DNA of 64,000 nucleotides from Parcubacteria group bacterium Gr01-1014_17 (GCA_007376285.1 VMFZ01000005.1:699-64698); one strand, 5' to 3'. Counted from the first letter of the stretch, positions 9,566 through 19,297 are shown. A program made the numbers and translations. Notes: a model not told the origin generated them from the letters alone.

Positions 9566-10643
9566 TATAAAAACATTGGACCAGTTTATTACTACCCCAC
9601 AGACGGAAAAAAGGCCGTGGGGTATTTTCAGCATGATTGCGGATGTGCCGGAATTCCGATTTGAGCGATGGGAAATGATTGCGGGAAAATCGGCTTCGTT
9701 TTTGGTTGGCGCGAAACGAGAGGCGACCATTTTTATTGAATCCGGCGCGCTTATTGTTGGAAAAGCGGAGATTCTTGAGCGGCAAGCAATTACTCTGGCG
9801 ACTAAAAAACGGCTCACGCTTCATGCGACTGTAGATACAGTCGCTTATGTGTTCCACGGTCCGCCAAGCGGAAAGGGCGGTTCTAGAAAGATATTTTGCA
9901 CAACTGACTTTCGCGATAAGTACTGGGGTACTATTGAAACAATTGTGAGTACTCCGGGGTATGCGGCAAAGCGGATGCTCGTGAAAAAAGGATGCGCCGC
10001 AAGTTTGGAGTATCATTGCAGAAAGATGGAAAGTTACTACATTCACTCCGGAAAATTGCTTCTTCGTTTGCGCGCCGGGCGCGGCGAGGACCGGTTTTTT
10101 GAAATGGAGGCCGGCGCCGCCGCGCTGATTCCGCCAGGGCTTATGCATCAGCGCGGCGGCAGAGAAGATGCGGTGATTATTGAGATTTCAACAAAAGACG
10201 AAGACAGCGACTCGTTTTTAGTAGAAGATGGGGCGAAACATCCGATGCCTAGACTATGCGCGGGCTTGCCCTCCGTAGCCTTGGCGAAGGAGGGGAAACG
10301 GATTTGTTTTGATATAGACGGCGTGCTATGCAATCAAGTGGAAGGGTTGGACTATCGCGAAGCAAAACCAAACCAAGAGGCGATTGCGCTAGTTAATAAA
10401 CTCTACGACGAAGGGCACACGATATACCTTTTCACCGCGCGTTTTATGGGGCGGAACAAAAATGATTGGAAAAAAGCGTACGAGGATGGGTATGTGTTTA
10501 CAAAAAAGCAACTTGAAAGGTGGGGCGTCAAATTCCACGACTTGTTTTTCGGCAAGCCAAACCTAGATATTATTATTGATGACCGTGCTGTTTTTTATAA
10601 ACCAGATTTACAACTCATTGAAAAAGAAATAAGAAAGAGGTAG
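9552..10643 (+). CDS. Double cupin (type II phosphomannose-isomerase-like) fused to a HAD-IIIA phosphatase (GmhB-like)
   Basis: RPWGIF cupin motif and a second cupin (LEYHCRKMESYYIHSGK) resembling the ManC C-terminal PMI domain. C-terminus ICFDIDGVLCN...IIIDDRA is HAD. The ORF track start at 9402 overlaps the upstream gene by 160 bp, so ATG 9552 is preferred. Confidence 0.55.
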   Translation: MYGIDIKTLDQFITTPQTEKRPWGIFSMIADVPEFRFERWEMIAGKSASFLVGAKREATIFIESGALIVGKAEILERQAITLATKKRLTLHATVDTVAYVFHGPPSGKGGSRKIFCTTDFRDKYWGTIETIVSTPGYAAKRMLVKKGCAASLEYHCRKMESYYIHSGKLLLRLRAGRGEDRFFEMEAGAAALIPPGLMHQRGGREDAVIIEISTKDEDSDSFLVEDGAKHPMPRLCAGLPSVALAKEGKRICFDIDGVLCNQVEGLDYREAKPNQEAIALVNKLYDEGHTIYLFTARFMGRNKNDWKKAYEDGYVFTKKQLERWGVKFHDLFFGKPNLDIIIDDRAVFYKPDLQLIEKEIRKR

Positions 10644-10709
10644 GATGCAGATAGATTGAAAAGTCGCCTCATCGGCGACTCGCCGAAGAGGCGAGAAAGG
10701 TCTTTGATT

Positions 10710-11384
10710 ATGAGCGAAAATGAATTGTTGCGAACAGTGTGTGCACAGAACAAGCGGTTGGCGGAACTAGGGCTTGTGATACTTACCGAAGGCAATGTGT
10801 CGCAAAGGCAAGATAGTGTAATGGCCATAAAACCGTCCGGTATCCCATACAACAGGCTCACTTCGGACTCCATAGTGATTGTTGGAATTGCAAGTGGTCA
10901 CATACTGATAAGCGAGTTTTCTCGCGCTCCCTCGGTTGACACACCAATTCATCTGGAAATATACCGGCGGTTTCCGGAAGTGGGCGGCATCGCGCATACG
11001 CATTCGCCGTATGCAACTGCATTCGCGCAAGCTGGACAGCCGATTCCGTGTTGTGGGACAACGCACGCTGATGCGTTTTTTGGGGAAGTGCCTGTAACGC
11101 GGATTCTGACCGAACAAGAAGTGGAGGGCGATTATGAACGGAATATTGGCGTACTCATTGCATCAATGCTCAAACCAGATGCTATACCTGCGATACTGAT
11201 GAATGGGCACGGCCCATTTACTGTCGGCAAAACGGCACAGGAGGCAGTTGATAATGCGTTGATTTTGGAAAAAGTTGCCATGTTGGCACTTGTGGGTCTG
11301 CAGCCACTTTACCTGCCTTCGTATTTGCAGAAAAAACATTTTTTGCGAAAGCACGGTCAGGCCGCCTCGTACGGCCAGCTATAG
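10710..11384 (+). CDS. Class II aldolase/adducin family protein (L-ribulose-5-P 4-epimerase / fuculose-P aldolase-like)
   Basis: GNVSQR...IKPSG...HTHSPYATAFAQAG...GHGPFTVGKT motifs of the AraD/FucA family. An upstream stem-loop and RBS favour ATG 10710 over the track start at 10656. Confidence 0.65.
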   Translation: MSENELLRTVCAQNKRLAELGLVILTEGNVSQRQDSVMAIKPSGIPYNRLTSDSIVIVGIASGHILISEFSRAPSVDTPIHLEIYRRFPEVGGIAHTHSPYATAFAQAGQPIPCCGTTHADAFFGEVPVTRILTEQEVEGDYERNIGVLIASMLKPDAIPAILMNGHGPFTVGKTAQEAVDNALILEKVAMLALVGLQPLYLPSYLQKKHFLRKHGQAASYGQL

Positions 11385-11398
11385 GATTCTCTTTCACA

Positions 11399-11432
11399 AA
11401 GCGTCTCCCTACGGGAGACGCTTTTCTTTTGT
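11399..11432 (+). terminator. Rho-independent terminator (GCGTCTCCC-TAC-GGGAGACGC followed by a T-tract)
   Basis: A perfect 9 bp GC-rich stem followed by TTTTCTTTTG, directly after the aldolase stop codon. Confidence 0.6.
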
Positions 11433-11457
11433 ATGTTTTCTGCTATTATGAAAAACC

Positions 11458-12198
11458 ATGAAATTATTTCTTGATTCCGCAAATTTGGGAGAAATCAAAG
11501 AGGCGCTTGAAAGCGGGCTCATTTTAGGCATTACCACAAATCCGTCGCTTCTTTCAAAAGAGCCGAAAGGAAGCTACCTCACGCATATGAAAGACATCGT
11601 TTCGCTCCTTAAAAAAGACGGAAGAAATCTTTCTTTAAGCGTTGAAGTATTTTCCGAGAAGCCGGAGGAAATGTTCAAACAAGCCAGAGAATTTAAAAAA
11701 GCGCTGAAATACAAAAACTTAGCGATAAAGATTCCCGTCAATTATAAAGGGCAAAGTTATCTAGGTGTTGTTCGGCAGTTGAGCGATGAAGGTGTTATGG
11801 TAAATTGCACGGCGTGTATGACACCCCTCCAACTCTCTATGGCCGCCGCGGCAGGCGCACGATTCGTGAGTTTATTTTACAATCGCGTACGCGACGGGGC
11901 GAAAGACACAGAATATGAAGCAGTACGAAAAGAAATGCTGGAAAAGAAAGACATTGAGCAAGCCGATTTTGAACCGAATAATGTGCTCCGCGAGGCGCGC
12001 GCGCTTCTCGCGCCGTACCCCAAAGCGGAAATCATTGCCGGCAGTATTCGCTCGGTATTGGATATTAAAGAGGCGGGGCTTGCCGGCGCGCATATCGTGA
12101 CTGCATCTTTTAAGACGCTCAAAGCCGCGCTCACGCACTTCAAAACCGACCACGCCGTAGGTAATTTTCTGAACGATTTCAAGCAGTGGTGTGCGTAG
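11458..12198 (+). CDS. tal: Transaldolase / fructose-6-phosphate aldolase family (short TalC/MipB type)
   Basis: MKLFLDSANLGEIKEA...GITTNPSLL N-terminal signature. The ~245 aa length is typical of the short transaldolase subfamily. Confidence 0.7.
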   Translation: MKLFLDSANLGEIKEALESGLILGITTNPSLLSKEPKGSYLTHMKDIVSLLKKDGRNLSLSVEVFSEKPEEMFKQAREFKKALKYKNLAIKIPVNYKGQSYLGVVRQLSDEGVMVNCTACMTPLQLSMAAAAGARFVSLFYNRVRDGAKDTEYEAVRKEMLEKKDIEQADFEPNNVLREARALLAPYPKAEIIAGSIRSVLDIKEAGLAGAHIVTASFKTLKAALTHFKTDHAVGNFLNDFKQWCA

Positions 12199-12228
12199 GG
12201 TTTGTAATGGTAATATATCAACGGCACT

Positions 12229-12945
12229 ATGAATATTATTCACCGAATAAAAAGAACAAAGAAAAGATTTTATATCTGGCGGCGCAACCGTCACTTTCAC
12301 TTGTTCGGTCGTAAATTCATTCCAAAGGCCGAAATCCTTCCTTTTGATTCAAGGAATATTCTGCGCACTGACTATTTTTCCAGACAACTTGAGAAAGTTA
12401 GAAATATAAATGGCTCGGTGATTGAATGCGGTGTGTGGCGCGGCCGTTCCCTCTTCATATTGTCAACGCTTGCCCATAATCGCCGAGTTTTTGCCTTTGA
12501 TTCATTTGAAGGTTTTCCAAGTCCGGAAGGAGGGAAAAATGATAATCCTGAAGCGGCGCTCAAATACCATTTCAAGAACACTTCACCAGAGATGGTTCGT
12601 GAATTTCTGAATATGAGCAAGGCGGTCAGTAAATTACCAGACAATGTACGCATTGTGCAGGGGTATTTTGAAGATATATTACCTCAATGGAAAAAAGAAA
12701 TAGGACAGATTGCGCTCATCCATCTCGACTGCGATATTTATGAATCGTATCATGTATGTTTCTCCAATCTATACGACCAACTGTCCACAGGAGGTTTGAT
12801 CTTGTTTGACGAATATCTGTCAGGAAATAATGCGATTGAATGGCCCGGCGCCAAGAAAGCGATCGATGAATTCTGTGTGCGCACAGGCGAACGCGTTGAG
12901 CATGATGAGCGGTCCAACAAGTATTTCGTGACGAAGCGCCGGTAA
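12229..12945 (+). CDS. TylF/MycF-family (macrocin-type) sugar O-methyltransferase
   Basis: ECGVWRGRS...FDSFEGFP...HLDCDIYES...GGLILFDEY motifs. Confidence 0.65.
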   Translation: MNIIHRIKRTKKRFYIWRRNRHFHLFGRKFIPKAEILPFDSRNILRTDYFSRQLEKVRNINGSVIECGVWRGRSLFILSTLAHNRRVFAFDSFEGFPSPEGGKNDNPEAALKYHFKNTSPEMVREFLNMSKAVSKLPDNVRIVQGYFEDILPQWKKEIGQIALIHLDCDIYESYHVCFSNLYDQLSTGGLILFDEYLSGNNAIEWPGAKKAIDEFCVRTGERVEHDERSNKYFVTKRR

Positions 12946-12977
12946 CTTTTTACGAAGTATAAAAGTTGTGAAGTAAG

Positions 12978-14363
12978 ATGAACCACATACTCGTTTCAGC
13001 GTCAACGGGCGCGTTTGTCCGTAATTTTTTGCGCGGGGGTTTTCTCGATGAAGCCCGACGCACCGGTCTTTTGCTGGTTTTTGTAGTGCCTCCAGAAAAA
13101 ATTGACGCGTATAAAAAAGAATTCGGAGCGCATGGGGTTAGTTTTGAAATAGCGCCGCGGCAAGATTTCTCGTTTTTGGAGTCCTTGTTCAAAACACTAG
13201 AAAAGTGGAGCGTGCATACCCGTTTCATGTTTTTACATCATATGTTTTTTCTCCGGCGGTGCAGTTCGCAAGACGCGTTCTCTGTTCGTATTATTCTTTT
13301 TGCCATACGGATGCTTTTATGGTTTTTGGGGCAATTCCGTTTGTTCCGCGCGTTCGTTCGCTTGGCATATGCGGCTCTGCCTGCGTCGTCCGTGCGCGAA
13401 TTTCTTAAAACCCGCCAGCCCACACTCGTGTTTTGTCCCGCTGTTCTTTACGGTTCAGAGTGGCAATTCATTAAAGAGGCGAAAAAATTAGGCATCAAAA
13501 CAGTCGGCATGCTTTCCAGTTGGGATAATTTTTATTCCAAAACATTTCTGCGCACGCTTCCGGATTATTTGTTGGTGCAAAATGAATTACTCAAACGGCA
13601 AGCGGTAAGTTTTGCGGATTATCCGGAAAAACAAATTCGTGTTGTTGGCGCGCCGCAATATGATCGCCACATTATGCGAATGGGGGTTATAGGAAGGAAC
13701 GAGTTCTTTCGGAGTATTGGTGCGGACCCGGTGAAAAAGCTCATATTGTATGCATTTTCTGGAAAGATAAGCGAAGCCGTTGATAATGAAATGCTCGCCG
13801 TTCTTCATCGCATACTCACAGAAAGCGGATTGGCGCAGGAAGCGCAGGTGCTCGTGAGACCATACCCGAAACGCAATTTTTCTCCGCGGAAAGCGTCATG
13901 GGCAAGGCATACTTTTGGGTTTTTAGTGGAAGAATCATCAACGGAAATTGGCGCAGGGAGAGACAAATGGGAGATGGATGAAAACGCTCTTCGCTTTATG
14001 GCGAACTCGATTGCGCATGCCGATATCGTGATAACCGCATGCTCCACCTTTTTTGTAGAAGCTACGATTTTCGGAGTGCCACTAATCGGTATCTCTTTTG
14101 ACGGCGCGTTGAAACTGGACAAATGGAATTCAACACGCCGTTTTCGCACATGGGAGCATATTGCAGATTTGGAACGGACTTGGGGCGTGTGGTTTGTGGA
14201 AAGCGAAGCGGAACTTACGAAAGCACTTCAAGCATATCTTTCTTCGCGGGCATTGCACGCTGAAGGGCGCAAGTGCATTATAGATGAGCAGCTTGCCGGT
14301 CTTGGTGGCAAAGCGGCGGAGGCGATCGCTCATTCGCTTAAAGATATTCTTAGTGTTGTATGA
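12978..14363 (+). CDS. GT-B-fold transferase, TagB/TagF (CDP-alditol phosphotransferase, Glyphos_transf)-like; paralog 1 of 5
   Basis: Shares with four other ORFs in the window the block SWDN...(V)VG-PQYD, the KLILYAFSG segment and the C-terminal ITACSTFFVEATIFGVPLIGISFD motif, which resembles the TagF LITDYSSvxFD region. Confidence 0.4.
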   Translation: MNHILVSASTGAFVRNFLRGGFLDEARRTGLLLVFVVPPEKIDAYKKEFGAHGVSFEIAPRQDFSFLESLFKTLEKWSVHTRFMFLHHMFFLRRCSSQDAFSVRIILFAIRMLLWFLGQFRLFRAFVRLAYAALPASSVREFLKTRQPTLVFCPAVLYGSEWQFIKEAKKLGIKTVGMLSSWDNFYSKTFLRTLPDYLLVQNELLKRQAVSFADYPEKQIRVVGAPQYDRHIMRMGVIGRNEFFRSIGADPVKKLILYAFSGKISEAVDNEMLAVLHRILTESGLAQEAQVLVRPYPKRNFSPRKASWARHTFGFLVEESSTEIGAGRDKWEMDENALRFMANSIAHADIVITACSTFFVEATIFGVPLIGISFDGALKLDKWNSTRRFRTWEHIADLERTWGVWFVESEAELTKALQAYLSSRALHAEGRKCIIDEQLAGLGGKAAEAIAHSLKDILSVV

Positions 14364-15274
14364 AAAAATTACTATTTTCTTTTTTTAAATTGGCGACTCG
14401 CTTGTTTCAGGGTAAAAATTTGGGCGCATGGATACCCGGCTTGCGCCCGTCCCACCGCTTTTTGCTGAATGCGCTCAAGCCAAAAGGGGTTGTAGAAATA
14501 ATTGTGTTTGGTAAAACGCTTTTTGTAGATACACGCGATTCTGGCGAAGCAAACGAAATAATTTTAGGTGAACAATATAGCCCGTACGAAACAGAAATAT
14601 TCCGCTCGCTGGTAAATCCAGGTATGACAATCGCCGACATTGGTGCGCATATCGGCTACTTCACGATTATGGCAGCGGACTTAGTTGGTCCATCGGGTCG
14701 CGTATACGCATTTGAGCCAGATCCTAAAAATTTCGCGTTATTGTCGCGTTCTATATCCGCGAACCAGTTTGTTAATGTCGTATCGGAGAATAAGGCGGTC
14801 TCAAACAAAGCTGGAATTGAGACATTGTTTCTGGACCGTTCCAATTTAGGTAATATGTCTTTTTCTAGACAAAATATACCTGCCGACTCTTCTGGCGGAA
14901 ATGTTAGTGTGCCCACAGTAACGCTTGATGAGTATTTTTCCGGATTATCATTAGATATCATCAAAATTGATGTGCAGGGTGCAGAAGGCCGCGTGTTTGA
15001 ATGTAGTAAGGATACACTCCATAAGGTGCAGTTTGTACTTGCGGAGTTTTGGCCGTTCGGCTTGCGGAATGTCGGCACTGATCCGCGCGCATTTCTTGAG
15101 ATGTTTGTACGCGCTGGTTTTTCTCTCTATCTGTTGAATGAAGGCGCGCATACCATGAAGAAAAAGACCATCGATGAGCTTCTTTTAATTTCCGGTAATC
15201 GTCCGGAAGGGAAAGGATGGGCGAATATTTTATGCGTGCGTGATTCGCCGCAAGCATTATTATATGGTCATTAA
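14360..15274 (+). CDS. FkbM-family methyltransferase
   Basis: IADIGAHIGYFT...YAFEPDPKNF...IKIDVQGAE motifs. Confidence 0.6.
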   Translation: MKKLLFSFFKLATRLFQGKNLGAWIPGLRPSHRFLLNALKPKGVVEIIVFGKTLFVDTRDSGEANEIILGEQYSPYETEIFRSLVNPGMTIADIGAHIGYFTIMAADLVGPSGRVYAFEPDPKNFALLSRSISANQFVNVVSENKAVSNKAGIETLFLDRSNLGNMSFSRQNIPADSSGGNVSVPTVTLDEYFSGLSLDIIKIDVQGAEGRVFECSKDTLHKVQFVLAEFWPFGLRNVGTDPRAFLEMFVRAGFSLYLLNEGAHTMKKKTIDELLLISGNRPEGKGWANILCVRDSPQALLYGH

Positions 15275-15848
15275 ACCGACTGGTAGCAGGCAAAGTAAAA
15301 TTGTGCGAAGCGGCGAAGCCGCGCGCATATTTCATGCATTCGGACCGAAGAAAGGCCGCGTGCTTGATATGGGGTGCGGCGCATTTCCATTCCAGCCGTC
15401 TGGTAGCGGATATGAAGTAGTGGGGATTGATCAAGACAAAGTAGGGTTTGTGCACTGCGATTTTTCATACGACCAACTCCCGTTTCCAGATGAGTCGCTT
15501 GATGCCGTGACCGCTTGGGAGGTCTTTGAACATCTTGAAAATCCATTTTTTGCGATGCGCGAAGTGCGTCGTGTACTCAAGTCAGGCGGAAGATTTTTTA
15601 TGTCTGTGCCGAATCCAGCGCATATAGAAAGCCGTGTGCACTTCTTTTTATATGGCGATTTACCGCGTTGGCGGCGGCGAAGCGACCATATTTTTATTCC
15701 GCTTCCCGCAATTATGCGTAAGACATTCGCAAAAAGATTCAACCTCATTTCTATGAGGTACGCCTTACCATCTTTATTGGGATTTCGTTTGCCGTTTTGT
15801 GCAGGTAAGCATACTGGGTTGAACGCGGTGTGGATGTTTGAGAAGTGA
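15264..15848 (+). CDS. Class I SAM-dependent methyltransferase
   Basis: VLDMGCGAF...AWEVFEHLENP...LKSGGRFFMSVPN motifs. Its 3' end overlaps the convergent nucleotidyltransferase gene by ~97 bp. Confidence 0.55.
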   Translation: MVIKPTGSRQSKIVRSGEAARIFHAFGPKKGRVLDMGCGAFPFQPSGSGYEVVGIDQDKVGFVHCDFSYDQLPFPDESLDAVTAWEVFEHLENPFFAMREVRRVLKSGGRFFMSVPNPAHIESRVHFFLYGDLPRWRRRSDHIFIPLPAIMRKTFAKRFNLISMRYALPSLLGFRLPFCAGKHTGLNAVWMFEK

Positions 15849-16572
15849 AATACTTCTCCGCCTTTTGGAGCCATTCCACATCCGTTGTCGTCGTTGCGGG
15901 AATGTTGGTTTCAAATGCGCCAAGGAGTCCTTTTTCCGCAAGGTCGCTCAAAAATTGATGATGTAGACAGAAGTTATCCGGTACGACTAGCGGCAGGTTT
16001 TCAGTTACTACTTGTTTTTTGAGCAGGAAAAAGCCAATGTCTTGTCCATGGTAAAAAGGGTCTGGAGACAACCGGTTATCGTATCTTTCTATCAGGCCCT
16101 TTTTATTGATATGGACATTATTGTTTGGTCCGTAGATTCCGTCTTTGTTTTTGTTTCTGTAGACAGTCATCATCGATGGAACATTAAGCTCGTTAAAGCG
16201 CGCTAGGTGCTTTTCTAAATTGAACGGCCAGTATATGTCATTTTTGTGAAGAACGAAAAAATCATCCAAGAGCGGGATGGCGCGCGCGAAACGCGCGCCA
16301 TGGTTCAGTGCGGAAGGTGCATGCTGGTACGATATTTCTACACCAAATTTTTTTCCACTACCTAAATACTCTGTAATGCTTTCTTCTGCGTGTCCAGTAA
16401 GTATCAAAAAACGTTTAAGCCCGTTTGCCTTGAAAAGTTCAATCAAGTGTTCTAGAAACGGCTTCCTGGCGACTTTTACCATCCCTTTATTTATATTTTT
16501 AGTCAAAGAGATTAACCGCTCGCCGCGTCCACCCGAAAGAATAACGACTTGTGTAATGTTTGACTTTTTCAT
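15751..16572 (-). CDS. Sugar-1-phosphate nucleotidyltransferase (NTP_transferase family)
   Basis: VVILSGGRGERLISLT...KGMVKVARKPFLEHLIE N-terminal G-rich loop. Confidence 0.6.
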   Translation of the reverse strand: MKKSNITQVVILSGGRGERLISLTKNINKGMVKVARKPFLEHLIELFKANGLKRFLILTGHAEESITEYLGSGKKFGVEISYQHAPSALNHGARFARAIPLLDDFFVLHKNDIYWPFNLEKHLARFNELNVPSMMTVYRNKNKDGIYGPNNNVHINKKGLIERYDNRLSPDPFYHGQDIGFFLLKKQVVTENLPLVVPDNFCLHHQFLSDLAEKGLLGAFETNIPATTTTDVEWLQKAEKYFTSQTSTPRSTQYAYLHKTANEIPIKMVRRTS

Positions 16573-16594
16573 TTGATGGTGTCAATCTTTTCAT

Positions 16595-17341
16595 ATGAAT
16601 ATACCGCATTTTAAGCAGTATGCAAATGATTTGCAGGTGATTGAAAAAGCATTTGGCCATCTTCCTGATTTTGATGTGAATGCTGTGTTTGCCACATGGG
16701 AGGCGGGAAATCTATTTCTTCCTGAATGGAAAAACAGTAAGTTATTTGGTTGGTGGATGAATGTAGCTGCGCATATGAGCGTTGCCGCTGTGCTTGGCTA
16801 TAAGTTGTCTTTATTTATGAAAGATTCTCTTGCGAAAGAAGGGTTTACACCGAAAGATATTATAGAAGCACTACTTGTACATGATTGGGCGAAACGTTTG
16901 GAATCTGATGTACTGGCAGATGGCGCAGAAATGGTAATGCGTGAATCAGAGATGCATCATAAGACTCTTTTGCAGTGGTTTCCGGAAAAAGTTACCGAGC
17001 TCACTGCCGCTACGGGTGACAATGGGGTACAAATTACGGACACGCGCCAATTTACCTCTGGCGAGAAAATAATCTTTTACAGCGATTATTGCACTTCTAG
17101 TTGCCGCATCGTTCCTTTCGTAAAACGACTTGAAGAATTACTGCCGCATTTCGCGCGTGGCGGGCGGTACGAAAAAGCGGATGCATACTACAAAAAACAC
17201 TACAGGATGAGCCATAATGAAAAAATAACACAATTACTTGCACCGATTGAGGCGGAGTTTATTGCACTAACAGGAGGCGCAAAAAAAAACTTCCCAGCAT
17301 GTCTCATTCCTGATGAGTTTTGCGAAAATACATATGAATAA
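16595..17341 (+). CDS. Hypothetical protein (possible HD-like motif)
   Basis: No confident family assignment. LLVHDWAKR could be an HD motif. It lies 22 bp from the divergent nucleotidyltransferase start. Confidence 0.3.
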   Translation: MNIPHFKQYANDLQVIEKAFGHLPDFDVNAVFATWEAGNLFLPEWKNSKLFGWWMNVAAHMSVAAVLGYKLSLFMKDSLAKEGFTPKDIIEALLVHDWAKRLESDVLADGAEMVMRESEMHHKTLLQWFPEKVTELTAATGDNGVQITDTRQFTSGEKIIFYSDYCTSSCRIVPFVKRLEELLPHFARGGRYEKADAYYKKHYRMSHNEKITQLLAPIEAEFIALTGGAKKNFPACLIPDEFCENTYE

Positions 17342-18413
17342 ACGTATTTTAATCACCGGTTCGGAGGGGTATTTGGGGAGCGTTATTGCGCCGTTTTTAA
17401 TTGAGCGCGGATACGACACAACAGGTCTGGACATCGGTCTTTTTAATGACGCCTTGCTTTATAAAGCGCCGCATTTTCGCGTTATTAAAAAAGACGCGCG
17501 AAATGTTTCCGCAAGAGACCTAAGGGGAATTGACGCAGTTGTGCATCTAGCGGGTATTTCTATAAACGACCCGTTCGGAAACTTGCCTCCAGAAAAACTG
17601 TACGGTCCTACGCGTGAGTACGCACGCAACATAGCGGCGCTATGCAAAAAAGCGGGCGTAAAGTTTATCTTCGCATCAAGTTGTTCAATTTACGGAAAGT
17701 CGGGGGAAGAAATGTTGAACGAGGATTCGGTCGTCCATCCGCAGATTGACTATGCAAAAAACAAACTTCAAGTGGAAGAGGACTTGGCGCTTTTGGCAGA
17801 TAAGAGCTTTTCGCCGATTGCGCTCCGTTTTGCGACTGCGTTTGGAACATCTCCGCGTATGCGGTTTGATATTGTTATAAATATGTTTGCTGGAATGGCG
17901 TTTACGGAAAAGAAAATTACGCTAAACTCGGACGGGCAAGCGTGGCGGCCGAATGTGCATATCTCGGACATTGCGCGCGCCGTGGAATGCGCGCTACGCG
18001 CGGATTATGCGGGCGGGAAATTGCTTGTACTCAATGTGGGTACGGAAAACAATAATATGAAAATTGCAGACATTGCAAACATAGTAAGCGAGGAGTGCGG
18101 AGGCACGCCGATTTTGTTTGCATTCAAGGAAGCGCGCGGCGCAAGAAGCGCATTCGTTACTAGTGCTGCGGTTTCCGCAAGCGGCGCGGATTCGCGCAAT
18201 TATCGCGTGTCGTTCGCACTCGTTAAAGAATACTTTCCAGATTTTGAATGCAAGTATTCAGTTCGCTATGGCGTAAAGGAAATGCTCGCGCAGTTCCGCA
18301 AGATTAATATGACGCCAGCGCAATTTAGAGACCGTGGATTTTACCGAATTAAACGGCTTGAAGATTTGTATTCAAAAGGCGAGATTGACAGCGAGGTAAG
18401 ATTGAAAAAATAA
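17334..18413 (+). CDS. NAD-dependent epimerase/dehydratase (extended SDR)
   Basis: RILITGSEGYLGS Rossmann motif and YAKNK catalytic region. Paralogous to the ORF at 24588-25526 (shared LRFATAFGTSPRMRFD vs LRLATVFGMSPRMRLD). Confidence 0.65.
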   Translation: MNKRILITGSEGYLGSVIAPFLIERGYDTTGLDIGLFNDALLYKAPHFRVIKKDARNVSARDLRGIDAVVHLAGISINDPFGNLPPEKLYGPTREYARNIAALCKKAGVKFIFASSCSIYGKSGEEMLNEDSVVHPQIDYAKNKLQVEEDLALLADKSFSPIALRFATAFGTSPRMRFDIVINMFAGMAFTEKKITLNSDGQAWRPNVHISDIARAVECALRADYAGGKLLVLNVGTENNNMKIADIANIVSEECGGTPILFAFKEARGARSAFVTSAAVSASGADSRNYRVSFALVKEYFPDFECKYSVRYGVKEMLAQFRKINMTPAQFRDRGFYRIKRLEDLYSKGEIDSEVRLKK

Positions 18414-18415
18414 CT

Positions 18416-19297
18416 ATGGAATATCGCGCGCTTGGAAAGACAGGAATGAAAGTGTCGGTGGTGGGAATTGAAACCCATCAGTGGAGCGGTATGGGAGGAA
18501 GATTGTTTTCTGTGCTTGATATTCGCGCTATTCTCGCGCGTGCTGAGAAAAGCGGAATAAACTTTATTGACACCGGCGAATGTTATTTCTTCCACGCCGC
18601 GGAGCGACTTTTAGGGGATGCACTCGGAAAAAACAGAAAGAAATTCATCATTGCAACCAAGTTTGGACACAAGAGCGAGCCGCAAAGAGTTGTTCCTGCG
18701 TGGACGAAAGAAGCGATTCAGAAGTCGTTGGAAAATTCTATGAAAGCACTCAATACTGATTACATTGACCTCTATCAGATTCATCTTAATAGCACTGAAG
18801 ACGCACAGAGCATTCGTACAAATATATCATCTATTAAAGAAGTGTTGCATGAAGCATGGCGCACGGGAAAAGTTCGCGCGGTCGGCATATGTTTGGGCGA
18901 TAATGAATTATTTGACACTAATGGCGCGTTGCTAAAAGATGTTGCGAAAATGCTTGATATAGAAATTGTACAATTCGTTTACAGCCGCCTTGCACGGGAA
19001 GCCGAAAAACAAATTTTGCCTTTTGCGAAAAAGCATGAACTCGGCGTGATTGCGCGCGCGCCGCTCTCTAAAGGATACCTTTCCACGCGTTTTAAGCCGA
19101 CAAATAAGAGTTATGATGCGGAGCGTATGAAAGAAGTTGAGAAAATAAAAGAAACGGAAGTGCCAGCGGGCGCAGATTTGTCGGAATGGGCGATTGCGTG
19201 GTGCGCAAGCAATCCGCTTGTGTCATCGGTTGTTCCTGGGTGCAGCGCGCCGGAACAGATTGATTCTACTGTGCGCGCGCTCAAAATTAAGGTATAG
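18416..19297 (+). CDS. Aldo/keto reductase
   Basis: YRALGKTGMKVS...INFIDTGECY...LYQIH typical AKR blocks. Confidence 0.7.
   Translation: MEYRALGKTGMKVSVVGIETHQWSGMGGRLFSVLDIRAILARAEKSGINFIDTGECYFFHAAERLLGDALGKNRKKFIIATKFGHKSEPQRVVPAWTKEAIQKSLENSMKALNTDYIDLYQIHLNSTEDAQSIRTNISSIKEVLHEAWRTGKVRAVGICLGDNELFDTNGALLKDVAKMLDIEIVQFVYSRLAREAEKQILPFAKKHELGVIARAPLSKGYLSTRFKPTNKSYDAERMKEVEKIKETEVPAGADLSEWAIAWCASNPLVSSVVPGCSAPEQIDSTVRALKIKV

Noticed and set aside
9516-10148. 210 aa minus-strand ORF
   Set aside because: It is antisense to the cupin-HAD gene and has basic, low-complexity composition.
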